A DNA stretch of 64,000 nt, taken from contig JBBRLI010000001.1 of NCBI GenBank assembly GCA_038231455.1, positions 192,001 to 256,000 of the forward strand, written 5' to 3'. Source of the stretch: Vulcanimicrobiales bacterium. GTDB taxonomy: Bacteria > Vulcanimicrobiota > Vulcanimicrobiia > Vulcanimicrobiales > Vulcanimicrobiaceae. A program made the position numbers and the translations under genes. Positions 39,926 through 48,461 of the stretch are shown piece by piece. Numbering within the stretch: position 1 is the stretch's first letter; each line of letters starts with the position of its first letter. The notes under the pieces are model-generated. The model was not told the origin of the DNA and did not search any database. It was given only the letters and a program-made list of their open reading frames with translations.

Positions 39926-40360
39926 ATGCCGATCGCTCTGGTCCTGACGCTCATCCTCGATATCGGTGGGCTGATCGCGCTGGCCTTCGCGATCGCGCCG
40001 CGCTACCAGCAATTGCCGCCGTGGATTGCCGTCAATTTTCAATTCGGCCGCCCGTGGGGGCCGAGGTTGCCGCGAATCACGCTGTGGGCGCAGATTCCCA
40101 TGCTCGCCTTCTTCGAGTGGATCCTCGTAAGCCCGAACATCGACCGGGGATGGGTCGGGGGCGTTGCGCTTGTCGGATTCGACCCGATGATGATATTTGG
40201 TCTCGGGATTGGCTTCGTCGTCTTTGGTGTCGCCTATTCCACCCGGGACGTCATCGACGTTGCTCTCGGCCTGCGGGAACGAATCAGCCTCCGCGCCCAA
40301 ATCGCGGTCGGCCTTCCCGCGCTTATCACCATGCTAGCGGTATGGTCGATGTCTCGCTGA
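39926..40360 (+). CDS. Membrane protein, DUF1648/SdpI-like paralogue
   Basis: RYQQLPPWIAVNFQFGRP; its LGLRERIS segment matches LGTRERLS of the upstream gene. Confidence 0.5.
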   Translation: MPIALVLTLILDIGGLIALAFAIAPRYQQLPPWIAVNFQFGRPWGPRLPRITLWAQIPMLAFFEWILVSPNIDRGWVGGVALVGFDPMMIFGLGIGFVVFGVAYSTRDVIDVALGLRERISLRAQIAVGLPALITMLAVWSMSR

Positions 40361-40381
40361 CCCTCGCCACGACAAAAGAAT

Positions 40382-40410
40382 TTGACGTACAAGGGAGAGT
40401 GTGGGATACT
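40382..40410 (+). promoter_or_regulatory. Sigma70-type promoter of the DEAD-box helicase
   Basis: TTGACG-N17-GATACT with an extended -10 TGn. Confidence 0.7.
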
Positions 40411-40509
40411 GACGTGTCGTGTCCGGACGCCACTGCGCCTCGGCAGACCCACCTCGCGCGATCTTTCGAACAGCCGATCGACTTGCGCACACTCGAAAGA
40501 TTGCGAAAA

Positions 40510-41811
40510 TTGAATACGTTTGACTCTCTCGGCCTCAAGCCGCAGTTATTGCGCGCGCTTGCGGACCTCAAATTCACCGAGCCCACTCCGGTGCAAGTAT
40601 CTTCCATCCCGCCCGCCCTTGCCGGCAAAGATGTTCTGGCAAGCGCCGCGACCGGTAGTGGGAAATCTGCCGCCTTTGGCCTGCCGATCCTCAACGCCCT
40701 CATCGATCAGCCGCGCGGCAAAACGCGCGCCCTGATCCTTGCTCCGACGCGCGAACTCGCCGTGCAAATCGCGCAGCATCTCGGCGTGCTTGCAAAACAC
40801 ACCGGTATCAAGATTGCCGCCGTCTATGGCGGTGTCGGTTTCGGTCAGCAAGTGCAGGCGTTCAAACGCGGCACCGACATCATCGTTGCAACTCCGGGCC
40901 GCCTGTTCGATCACATCGGCCAGGGCACGTGCAAGCTCGACGATCTGCAGTATCTCGTCTTAGATGAAGCGGACCGCATGCTCGACATGGGCTTCTTGCC
41001 CGTCGTGCGTCGCCTGCTCAAGATCATCCCGACGAAGCGCCAGACGTTATTTTTCTCGGCCACGATCTCGCCGCCGATAGCCGCGCTTACCAAAGAAATG
41101 CTGCACGATCCGATTCGCGTCGAGCTCGAGACGGAACAAAAAACCGTCGAAGGCCTCACGCAGACGATCTACACGATCGATCAGCAGCGCAAAACCGATC
41201 TGCTGCTCGAGCTGCTCAAAGATAACGCCATCTACACTGCGATCGTCTTTACACGCACCAAGGCTCGCGCGAACCGTCTCGCCTCGGCGCTCCTCAAGCA
41301 CAACGTGCCCTCGGAACGCATTCACGGCGATCGTTCGCAAGCCCAGCGCACCCGCGCGCTCGAAGACTTCAAGAAGGGCAAGTTCCGCGTGCTCGTCGCA
41401 ACCGACATCGCCGCTCGTGGTATCGACGTTGCGAACCTCGGCCACGTTGTCAACTTCGACGTCCCGATGGTGCCCGAAGACTACGTCCACCGGATCGGCC
41501 GCACGGCACGTGCGCAGATGACGGGCGATGCGATTACGTTCGTCGGGCGTGATGAAGAAAAGCTCTTCACGCAAATCGAAAAAGTGCTCGGCAAACGGAT
41601 CGACCGCGCCAAGCTCCCGCCGCTCCCGGAAGTCACCCCGGAGCAACTGCGCGTCGCACGCGCCGAAGATCTCAGCGACCGCCGCGATCCCTCGCACGGC
41701 CGCAGCCGCCCCGGCGGCGGCAACCGCGGACCCTCATCGAGCGGCGGACGCCCGTTCGTCCACGCCAAGAGCGCCGGACCCGCTCGCCGCGAGCACCGCG
41801 CAAAAGGTTAA
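40510..41811 (+). CDS. DEAD-box RNA helicase (RhlE-like)
   Basis: PTPVQ, ATGSGKS, PTRELA, DEAD, SAT, ARGID, HRIGRTAR; R/G-rich tail; TTG start at 40510. Confidence 0.96.
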   Translation: MNTFDSLGLKPQLLRALADLKFTEPTPVQVSSIPPALAGKDVLASAATGSGKSAAFGLPILNALIDQPRGKTRALILAPTRELAVQIAQHLGVLAKHTGIKIAAVYGGVGFGQQVQAFKRGTDIIVATPGRLFDHIGQGTCKLDDLQYLVLDEADRMLDMGFLPVVRRLLKIIPTKRQTLFFSATISPPIAALTKEMLHDPIRVELETEQKTVEGLTQTIYTIDQQRKTDLLLELLKDNAIYTAIVFTRTKARANRLASALLKHNVPSERIHGDRSQAQRTRALEDFKKGKFRVLVATDIAARGIDVANLGHVVNFDVPMVPEDYVHRIGRTARAQMTGDAITFVGRDEEKLFTQIEKVLGKRIDRAKLPPLPEVTPEQLRVARAEDLSDRRDPSHGRSRPGGGNRGPSSSGGRPFVHAKSAGPARREHRAKG

Positions 41812-41864
41812 ACGTATCCAGCTCAGCATAAAAGGGCTCGACCGCAGGATTTGGCTCTTTTATG

Positions 41865-42200
41865 CTAGCGATTTAGCGGCTTGAAAATCGCATCTGCACG
41901 AACGTTATGGACCATCTCAAGCACGCGGTCGGCGACAGGACGCGGTTTATGTTCATCCCAAAACACGCGAAGCGAAAAACCGGGCGCTGTGGGGCCAGTT
42001 GGAAAAGACCAGTCAACAACGCCTAGCTCAATGAAGCCATCGTTATTGACAAAGTCCAACATCACGTATACGTCGCCGAATTGTCGCGCCGCGCCAGTCA
42101 AACGATTATTGCCTAGAGCCTCACCAACAATGGCCCAAAAGGCTAGTTCCCAGTCATGCCAGCGCTGCGTACGCGCTCGCGAATCAGCATCGTCTTGCAC
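41865..42200 (-). CDS. Hypothetical protein (AT-richer segment)
   Basis: 111-aa ORF filling the gap, Trp-rich, no recognised motif. Confidence 0.45.
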   Translation of the reverse strand: MQDDADSRARTQRWHDWELAFWAIVGEALGNNRLTGAARQFGDVYVMLDFVNNDGFIELGVVDWSFPTGPTAPGFSLRVFWDEHKPRPVADRVLEMVHNVRADAIFKPLNR

Positions 42201-42252
42201 GCCAAGAGTCTAGCACATGTCGAGGGCACCTTGGAAGATGGCGTCTCTAATC

Positions 42253-42266
42253 TGCTATAATGTAGC
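42253..42266 (+). promoter_or_regulatory. Extended -10 promoter with overlapping palindrome
   Basis: TG-C-TATAAT 6 nt before the ATG; GCTA-TAATG-TAGC inverted repeat. Confidence 0.65.
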
Positions 42267-42267
42267 T

Positions 42268-42558
42268 ATGAAACAGGTTCGAATTTCCGATGCAAAAGCG
42301 CGACTCTCGGAAATTGTACGCGAAGCTGTAGCTGGCGTGTCGACCATCTTAACCCGAAATGGCGAACCGGTCGCGAAGATCGTTCCGATGCCGCTCGCGA
42401 GAATTCGCGAATTTGGTTTTGACGATGGGCTTGGGCGAATTGCCGATGACTTCGATGACCCTCTCCCAGCCGATATCCTCGCAAAGTACTTCAACATAAA
42501 AATGAGCCGCGCTGATTGGCGCGACTCACTTTCTCGTCTTGGGATGTTGTCGCTCTAG
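42268..42558 (+). CDS. Phd/YefM family antitoxin (no toxin gene follows)
   Basis: MKQVRISDAKARLSEIV..A..G....LTRNGEPVAKIVP...DDFDDPLP. Confidence 0.88.
   Translation: MKQVRISDAKARLSEIVREAVAGVSTILTRNGEPVAKIVPMPLARIREFGFDDGLGRIADDFDDPLPADILAKYFNIKMSRADWRDSLSRLGMLSL
42498..42534. terminator. Probable bidirectional terminator between convergent genes
   Basis: AAAAA-TGAGCCGCGC-TGATTG-GCGCGACTCA-CTTTCT. Confidence 0.55.
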
Positions 42559-43595
42559 AAGACGGGAATGATATCTTCCGGGCCGATGTCGCCGACGTCG
42601 ACGCCGTCGAGGTCAAGTTCCGGAATCGCGGGGAATGCGATGCCCCACTCTTCAACGATCGCGCGAACGCGCGCGAGCGCCGTACGCCAGTTTTCCGCTT
42701 GTTCGTCAAACGTAAGCACGCCGAGGCCGCCATCGCGCGCGTGCTGCACGAGCACGCGGTGGTTCGGTAAGAAGTAATCCGGGATATCCCAGAACTGATT
42801 GGGCGGCTCCCAGAGGATCATCGAGAGAAACACGAAGCCCGCGCGCAGTTGCTTAGTGATGAGCGTTTTATACTCATCGCTCAGTCCCGGCCAATCTTTT
42901 TCGAGAATCGTCAAGCAGATCGCGAGATGTCGCGCTTCGTCCTGGCCGACTTTCTTGAAGATTTCTTTGAAGAGCGGATGTGTTGCTTTCTTCGACATGC
43001 CGAAGAACAGCGTCGAACTTGCCACTTCACCCATCATGAACGATGTGAAGAGCACGCTGAGCGGATACTTCGCAAGCGAATCCGAGTAGCCGTTCCAGTA
43101 CCGGCCGCCATTGTGATAGAGCCAGCCGATGTTGTTTTGTGCGGCGCGCTCGAGATCGGTCGTCGCGGTGAAGTCGAGCGGACCGCCGGGAATTAGTCCC
43201 TGAATCGCGCGCTGGCATACTTCTTCGTGATTCATCTCATCGTGCGTGATCGCAAAGAAGCACTTGCGGATCGGATCTTCCGAATGTTGCTCGAACGCGT
43301 GAATCGTCGCTTTGGCAAACACCGCGGGGCCGGAGCCATCGAAGTTCGCAAGCACGGCGTACCAATACATGATACCGGCGCGCTGTTCGGGCGTGAAATC
43401 TTCGGGGCGTAATTGCGACCAATCAAAGTCCGAGGGATTCCACGCCATGCGTTTGGACTTCTCGTAAATCTCAACGAGCTTCGGGGTATCGACGCGCCAC
43501 TCCATCGGATAGATGTTGGGCTGCGGAACCGCCGGCGGCGGAATGAGTCCGCCTTCGGGAATCACCAGTTGCGGTTTCGGAATGCTGATCGCCAT
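42555..43595 (-). CDS. Ferritin-like diiron-carboxylate protein (AurF/desaturase-like superfamily)
   Basis: Two ExxH motifs, HDEMNHEE and QDEARH; W.P..FDW. Confidence 0.8.
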   Translation of the reverse strand: MAISIPKPQLVIPEGGLIPPPAVPQPNIYPMEWRVDTPKLVEIYEKSKRMAWNPSDFDWSQLRPEDFTPEQRAGIMYWYAVLANFDGSGPAVFAKATIHAFEQHSEDPIRKCFFAITHDEMNHEEVCQRAIQGLIPGGPLDFTATTDLERAAQNNIGWLYHNGGRYWNGYSDSLAKYPLSVLFTSFMMGEVASSTLFFGMSKKATHPLFKEIFKKVGQDEARHLAICLTILEKDWPGLSDEYKTLITKQLRAGFVFLSMILWEPPNQFWDIPDYFLPNHRVLVQHARDGGLGVLTFDEQAENWRTALARVRAIVEEWGIAFPAIPELDLDGVDVGDIGPEDIIPVF

Positions 43596-43701
43596 GCGCT
43601 GAACTCTCCCCTACCAAATGGTTGGCCCTCCTACGGTAGCAAACCCGGGACGTGGGGTCAAGGCGACGGGGCCCGCTCGGTTGCTTTGCGAACAGAACGG
43701 G

Positions 43702-45168
43702 ATGGCAAGTCCGCATCCGCGCAGCGTGGTCCGCCGCGCCGCCGACATCGCCGCCGAGTCTCTTCCCGAAGACCGGCTAGTCGCGGCGTTCGGCAAGCTC
43801 GTCCATCAGGTCTACAGCAAAGCGCCGGTTCGGGTAGGCCTCTTCTCCGGCGAAGAACTGCGCGTCGAATACGCGCATTTACATCCGCACAACATCGAGA
43901 TCTTCGATTTACCGGAGAGCGATCTGCATGTCTTGCGCGCCGGCAACACCGTTCAGCGCGCCGGCGAAACACTCGTTCCGGTACGCTATGCCTCGCGCAC
44001 ACTCGGCGTAATCGGCGTTCGGCCCGATGCCCCCATTGTCGATCCCGACGTCCTGGAGACATGCGCCGTAATTCTCGCAAGCTCGCTCAATGCCGCACGA
44101 TTGACGCTCGCGAACGTCGCGCTGGTCGATCAGGTCGGGCACGACCCGCTTACGGGCGTTGCGAACCGCCGCCGCTTCGACGCCGCGCTGATCAACGAAT
44201 GGGACCGCATGCGTCGCAGCGGCAAGCCGCTCTCCGTCATGATGGTCGACATCGATTTTTACAAAGCGTTCAACGACCGCTACGGACATCAGCGCGGCGA
44301 TACGTGTCTCCAACTGGTAGCAAAAGCGCTGGAATCGTGTGCGGCCCGTGCAGGCGAATTGCTCGCGCGCTACGGGGGCGAAGAGTTCGGGGCGATCTTG
44401 CCTTCATGCGATGCAACGACCGCGATCCTCGTCGCCGAACGGATGCGATCGACGATCGCGGCGCTCAACATTCCGCACGAAGGGTCGTCCCTCGAACGCG
44501 TCTCGATTACGGTCGGCGTGGCGACGATGATCCCCGATGCCGTGCAGACCTCGCACGAGTTCTTCGCCCGCGCCGACCACTTCGCGTACGATGCAAAGAA
44601 GAACGGCCGCAATCGCGTGGTTGCTGTCGGCTACGAGAGTGTCGAGCCGCCGATCATGCGCACGGCACCGACTCACGTGAATCTCCCCACGCATCTTGCA
44701 AGCGACGAAGACCATGAAGCGCTCGACGAACTCGAGCGCGCGCTCGTGCGCACGCCGCTGGTCACGCTCGTTGGCGCCGATCCCGCCTACCTCATGCGGC
44801 TCGCCTTACGCGCCGGCGTCGAAATTTCACACGCCTTTGAAGACGGCGTTTTCTATGCCGAACTTGCGACGATCGACGATTCCGAAGACGTCATTTTCTC
44901 GATCGGGGCTGCGCTCGGATTACCGCACGACCCAAGCAACGAAGGCGAACGACTGCTCAAACATTTGCGCAGCCGCTCGCTCTTGCTCGTGCTCGACGGC
45001 TGCGGACCCGTGATGGATGCCGTACGCGCCGTGATCCCATCGATACTCGATGCTTCGCCGCACGTGCGAATTCTGGTCACTGCGCCCGCACCGCTCGAAA
45101 TTGCGCGCGAACGCGTGATTATCGGTCACACCGCGTCGCTCTCCGGGACGGCCCGCGTGTCGGCGTAA
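43702..45168 (+). CDS. Diguanylate cyclase with a C-terminal degenerate STAND/NB-ARC-like domain
   Basis: DPLTGVANRR, DIDFYKAFND.YGH..GD, ARYGGEEF; tail LVTLVG...LLLVLDGC...RILVT. Confidence 0.9.
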   Translation: MASPHPRSVVRRAADIAAESLPEDRLVAAFGKLVHQVYSKAPVRVGLFSGEELRVEYAHLHPHNIEIFDLPESDLHVLRAGNTVQRAGETLVPVRYASRTLGVIGVRPDAPIVDPDVLETCAVILASSLNAARLTLANVALVDQVGHDPLTGVANRRRFDAALINEWDRMRRSGKPLSVMMVDIDFYKAFNDRYGHQRGDTCLQLVAKALESCAARAGELLARYGGEEFGAILPSCDATTAILVAERMRSTIAALNIPHEGSSLERVSITVGVATMIPDAVQTSHEFFARADHFAYDAKKNGRNRVVAVGYESVEPPIMRTAPTHVNLPTHLASDEDHEALDELERALVRTPLVTLVGADPAYLMRLALRAGVEISHAFEDGVFYAELATIDDSEDVIFSIGAALGLPHDPSNEGERLLKHLRSRSLLLVLDGCGPVMDAVRAVIPSILDASPHVRILVTAPAPLEIARERVIIGHTASLSGTARVSA

Positions 45169-46190
45169 AGCTCGCGAATCCGGAGAATCTCCGGCAACAC
45201 GTCATAAAACGCATCGACCAGATACGGATCGAAATGCGTACCGCGCCCGCCATCGATCTCCGCACACGCTCGATCGACCGACCACGCTTCTTTGTACACG
45301 CGTTTGGACGTCAACGCATCGAACACGTCGGCCAGCGCGACGATCCGACCCGAAAGCGGGATTGCCACGCCCCGTACGCCGAGCGGATACCCTCGGCCGT
45401 CGAACCGTTCGTGATGCGTCAGCGCGATATCGGCGGCCATTCGCAAAAGCGCGGATTCGCTATCGCGCAAAATGTCGTACCCGTCGCGCGCGTGCGCTTT
45501 CATGATCGCGAATTCATCGGTCGTGTGTCGGCCCGGTTTGAGCAGAATTGAATCAGGTGTCGCAACTTTTCCGATGTCGTGCATCGGTGCGGCGAGAAAA
45601 ATCGTCTCGCACATCGCATCCGATTCTCCAACCGTGCGAGCGAGCAGTTCGCAGTAGTGCGCCATTCGTACCAGATGCGCCCCCGTCTCGCTGTCGCGAA
45701 ACTCGGCCGCCCGCGCGAGTCGATAGACCGTCTCGCGTTCGCGTAGACGAATTGCCTTGGTCGCCAACTGCACTTCGTGCATGAGCCATTCGGCACGATC
45801 GCTCAGCGCGAGGCGACTGGCGCGCAGTTCGAGCAGGTTGAGCGCGCGCGTTTTGAATTCGACCCGATCGACGGGCTTGATGATGAAATCGTTCGCGCCG
45901 GCCTCGAGCATGGTGCGCCTGATCCCAACCGCGTCGTCAGCGCTCAGCGCGAGGACCGGTGTGTCCCCCATACCGGCAAGGGCCCGAAATTCGCCCAGGA
46001 ACGAGATCGCGTGGCCATCGGGTAGATGGTAGTCGAGCACGACGAGCGCCGGATGTTCGCGCAAGCTAGTGAGGCGTGCATCCGCGAGCGTGCCGACGGT
46101 CTGTACGGTGTAGCCTTCGATTTCTTCAGCGTACTTGCGCAGAAGCGCCGCGTCGATTGGCTGATCTTCGACGATCAGGATGCAAGACAC
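45126..46190 (-). CDS. REC + HD-GYP c-di-GMP phosphodiesterase (RpfG-like)
   Basis: LIVEDQ, ETGAH, MHDIGK, HHERFDGRGYP, ADVFDAL. Confidence 0.95.
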   Translation of the reverse strand: MSCILIVEDQPIDAALLRKYAEEIEGYTVQTVGTLADARLTSLREHPALVVLDYHLPDGHAISFLGEFRALAGMGDTPVLALSADDAVGIRRTMLEAGANDFIIKPVDRVEFKTRALNLLELRASRLALSDRAEWLMHEVQLATKAIRLRERETVYRLARAAEFRDSETGAHLVRMAHYCELLARTVGESDAMCETIFLAAPMHDIGKVATPDSILLKPGRHTTDEFAIMKAHARDGYDILRDSESALLRMAADIALTHHERFDGRGYPLGVRGVAIPLSGRIVALADVFDALTSKRVYKEAWSVDRACAEIDGGRGTHFDPYLVDAFYDVLPEILRIRELYADTRAVPESDAV

Positions 46191-46504
46191 GAATTAACCA
46201 TCCAACGAAAGCAAACATAGCGGCGATAAAGCGCCCCCCACGCGCTCATCACGCGCCCGTGGTCGGCTGACGCAGCAGCTATCACAAGACCTTGCGCCGC
46301 GGTCGTACACGCCGTCGCATCGAGTCCGGCGAATCCGCCTTTGAGCGCATGCGCCTGCCGGGCAACTTCAGGGAACTCGCCGCTCGCGATCGCCCCTTCG
46401 AGTGCAGCGATCTCACCGCAAATCGTCGCGAGCGCAAATTGCAAAAAAGCGCGGCGCCCGATTTCGTCGCCCACAAATGCCTCATCGATATGAGGGAACG
46501 CCAT
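46175..46504 (-). CDS. Hpt (histidine phosphotransfer) domain protein
   Basis: VARQAHALKGG motif; ATG 46504 inferred. Confidence 0.7.
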   Translation of the reverse strand: MAFPHIDEAFVGDEIGRRAFLQFALATICGEIAALEGAIASGEFPEVARQAHALKGGFAGLDATACTTAAQGLVIAAASADHGRVMSAWGALYRRYVCFRWMVNSCLAS

Positions 46505-46668
46505 CGGCTCACGGCTGCAACGCACGCGCACCGCGCGACGCGCGCGGGCTGAAGCGGGATTCATCATCGAACACCCTCGGTCAACATGGTTTTGCGAGAT
46601 TCGACGCTCAGTGCCCCCGCTACGTTGCAGGTTCGTGCAATCGCTGCGATCGTGCGTGCGATCACGTT

Positions 46669-47253
46669 TTAAGTTCGGTGGACGATCAGCCCCTCGAAAA
46701 GTAACGCATCGAGCGTCTCCGCAACGCCGAGACCCGAGCCGGTACGTCCGGGTCGGTACCACTCGACAACCGAATTGGACATGCCGAAAATGAGGCGCGC
46801 GATGAGTCGCGCATCGAGATCTGCACGAATACTGCCGTCGCGCTGCGCCTGCATGATTAACTCCGTGGTCATCCGATCGAACGCACGGCGGCGTTCGAGC
46901 GCGTCGCGCTGAATCGGAGACGTGCCGCGGACGCGAAAGAGCACGGTGAGTTCCGGTAGGAGAGCGAGGGTCGTTTCGGAGACCCGCCGGACGATGTACC
47001 GCAACCGCGCGAGCGGCGGGTCCTCCCGGGCTCCGGCTTCCTCTAAGAGCGCGAAGAGCGCGTCGAGGGCGCGCTTGAGACCGCGTTCGAGAAGCGCCTC
47101 TTTACCGGTGACGTGATGGTAAATGCTCGCCTTGGTGATGCCTGCAGCCCGCGCGACATCATCCATCGACGCTCCGTCGTAGCCGCGCTCCGCGAATACC
47201 GCAAGCGCGACGTCCGTGAGCGAATCGATATCGTAAGGTTTACGCGTTTCCAC
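46669..47253 (-). CDS. TetR family regulator (PaaR-like)
   Basis: FAERGYDGASMDDVARAAGITKASIYHH..GKE; FGMSNSVVEWYRP. GTG start at 47253. Confidence 0.9.
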   Translation of the reverse strand: METRKPYDIDSLTDVALAVFAERGYDGASMDDVARAAGITKASIYHHVTGKEALLERGLKRALDALFALLEEAGAREDPPLARLRYIVRRVSETTLALLPELTVLFRVRGTSPIQRDALERRRAFDRMTTELIMQAQRDGSIRADLDARLIARLIFGMSNSVVEWYRPGRTGSGLGVAETLDALLFEGLIVHRT

Positions 47254-47304
47254 CTTCGCCGAGGATTCGACGAGGGGCGCAGGCGTCCCGGGCGAGGGGC
47301 AGTA

Positions 47305-47320
47305 GGGGGTGTTCACCCCC
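47305..47320. promoter_or_regulatory. Perfect inverted repeat in the divergent TetR/E1-alpha spacer (candidate operator)
   Basis: GGGGGTG-TT-CACCCCC. Confidence 0.45.
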
Positions 47321-47338
47321 GCGTAGCACGATCCGCGT

Positions 47339-48352
47339 ATGGCGCAATCGACGAAAGCACTCCCGCACGGGCTCAGCAAAGACCAGTTGCTGCTCGTGTT
47401 CCGAAACATGCTCACGCAGCGAGCCGTCGACACGCGCGGATTCCAGCTCAATCGCCAGGGGAAGATCGCAATCGCCATGGGGTCGGAGGGCCACGAAGCC
47501 GTCCAAGCCGGCGCGGGTCTGGCCTTCGTTCGCGGGCGCGACGTGCTCTACCCATACTATCGGAATACGGGGATTACGCTTGCTTGCGGCTTTCCGCTCG
47601 AGGATCTCTTCCGATCGCAATTCGCGCGCGCGACGGATCGCACCAAAGGTCGGTCGATCATCAACCACGTCACCGCACGCGACCGCGGCATCGCTTCGAT
47701 CAGTTCGATTATCGCCTCGCAGTGCACGCACGCCGTCGGCGCCGCGTATGCGTTCCGCTACCGCAAGGAGAACGACCGCGTGGTGCTCTGCACGTTCGGT
47801 GAAGGCGCGACGAGCGAAGGAGAGTGGCACGAAGCGATGAATTTCGCCGCCGTTCATAAGGTGCCGGTCGTGTTCTTGTGCGAGAACAACCAGTGGGCGA
47901 TCTCGACGCCAATTAGCAAACAAATGGTCGTCCCGGACGTTTCGGCACGCGCAGCCGGTTACGGTATGCGCGGCGTCGTTTGCGACGGGTTCGATCCACT
48001 CGCCGTCTACGCGGCCGTGCGCGACGCACGCGAGTATGCGCTTGCCGGGAACGGCCCGACCTTGGTCGAGGCAAAGTGCTACCGATTTCTCTCGCACACG
48101 ACCGATGACGATGACAAAACCTACCGGTCGCGCGAAGAAGTCGCATTACAGCGCCAAAACGACCCCGTCCCGCGCTACGAGCGTTGGCTCATCGAAAACC
48201 ATTTGATCGATGCGGCCCAGGCCGAAGCGATGAAGAACGACGTGACGCGGGTCGTGAATGAGACAACCGATGCGGTCGAGCAAGAGCCGCTCCCGCAAGC
48301 AAGCGATCTCTACGGCAACGTTTACGCGGGGGCCGACGCGCCTTGGATCTGA
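47339..48352 (+). CDS. 2-oxoacid dehydrogenase E1 alpha subunit (branched-chain type)
   Basis: GHEAVQAG, PYYRN, FGEGATSEGEWHEAMN, CENNQWAIS, YRFLSHTTDDD..YR. Confidence 0.93.
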   Translation: MAQSTKALPHGLSKDQLLLVFRNMLTQRAVDTRGFQLNRQGKIAIAMGSEGHEAVQAGAGLAFVRGRDVLYPYYRNTGITLACGFPLEDLFRSQFARATDRTKGRSIINHVTARDRGIASISSIIASQCTHAVGAAYAFRYRKENDRVVLCTFGEGATSEGEWHEAMNFAAVHKVPVVFLCENNQWAISTPISKQMVVPDVSARAAGYGMRGVVCDGFDPLAVYAAVRDAREYALAGNGPTLVEAKCYRFLSHTTDDDDKTYRSREEVALQRQNDPVPRYERWLIENHLIDAAQAEAMKNDVTRVVNETTDAVEQEPLPQASDLYGNVYAGADAPWI

Positions 48353-48411
48353 TCCAATAAACGTCTTTCGCGCTTAGGTCGTCCAAACGCGGGTACGATC
48401 CCGTACGGTTT

Positions 48412-48428
48412 TGTCTACCCCGTAGACA
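48412..48428. promoter_or_regulatory. Palindromic site TGTCTAC-N3-GTAGACA (copy 1)
   Basis: Perfect 7-bp inverted repeat, 33 nt upstream of the 48462 ATG; recurs at 53687. Confidence 0.7.
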
Positions 48429-48461
48429 TCTGAGCCGGCCCGTATCCCGTTTGGTGTTTGA

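Noticed and set aside
48397-48424. ECF-sigma promoter GATCC...CGTA
   Set aside because: The 19-nt spacer is long, the second candidate at 53703-53727 has a different spacing and -10, and no ECF sigma gene is in the window. Too weak to call.
48383-48453. NiCo or cobalamin riboswitch upstream of the Ni/Co operon
   Set aside because: Long-range pairing is possible (CCAAACG/CGTTTGG), but I could not match the conserved cores. The repeated palindrome is better explained as a DNA site. An Rfam scan would settle it.
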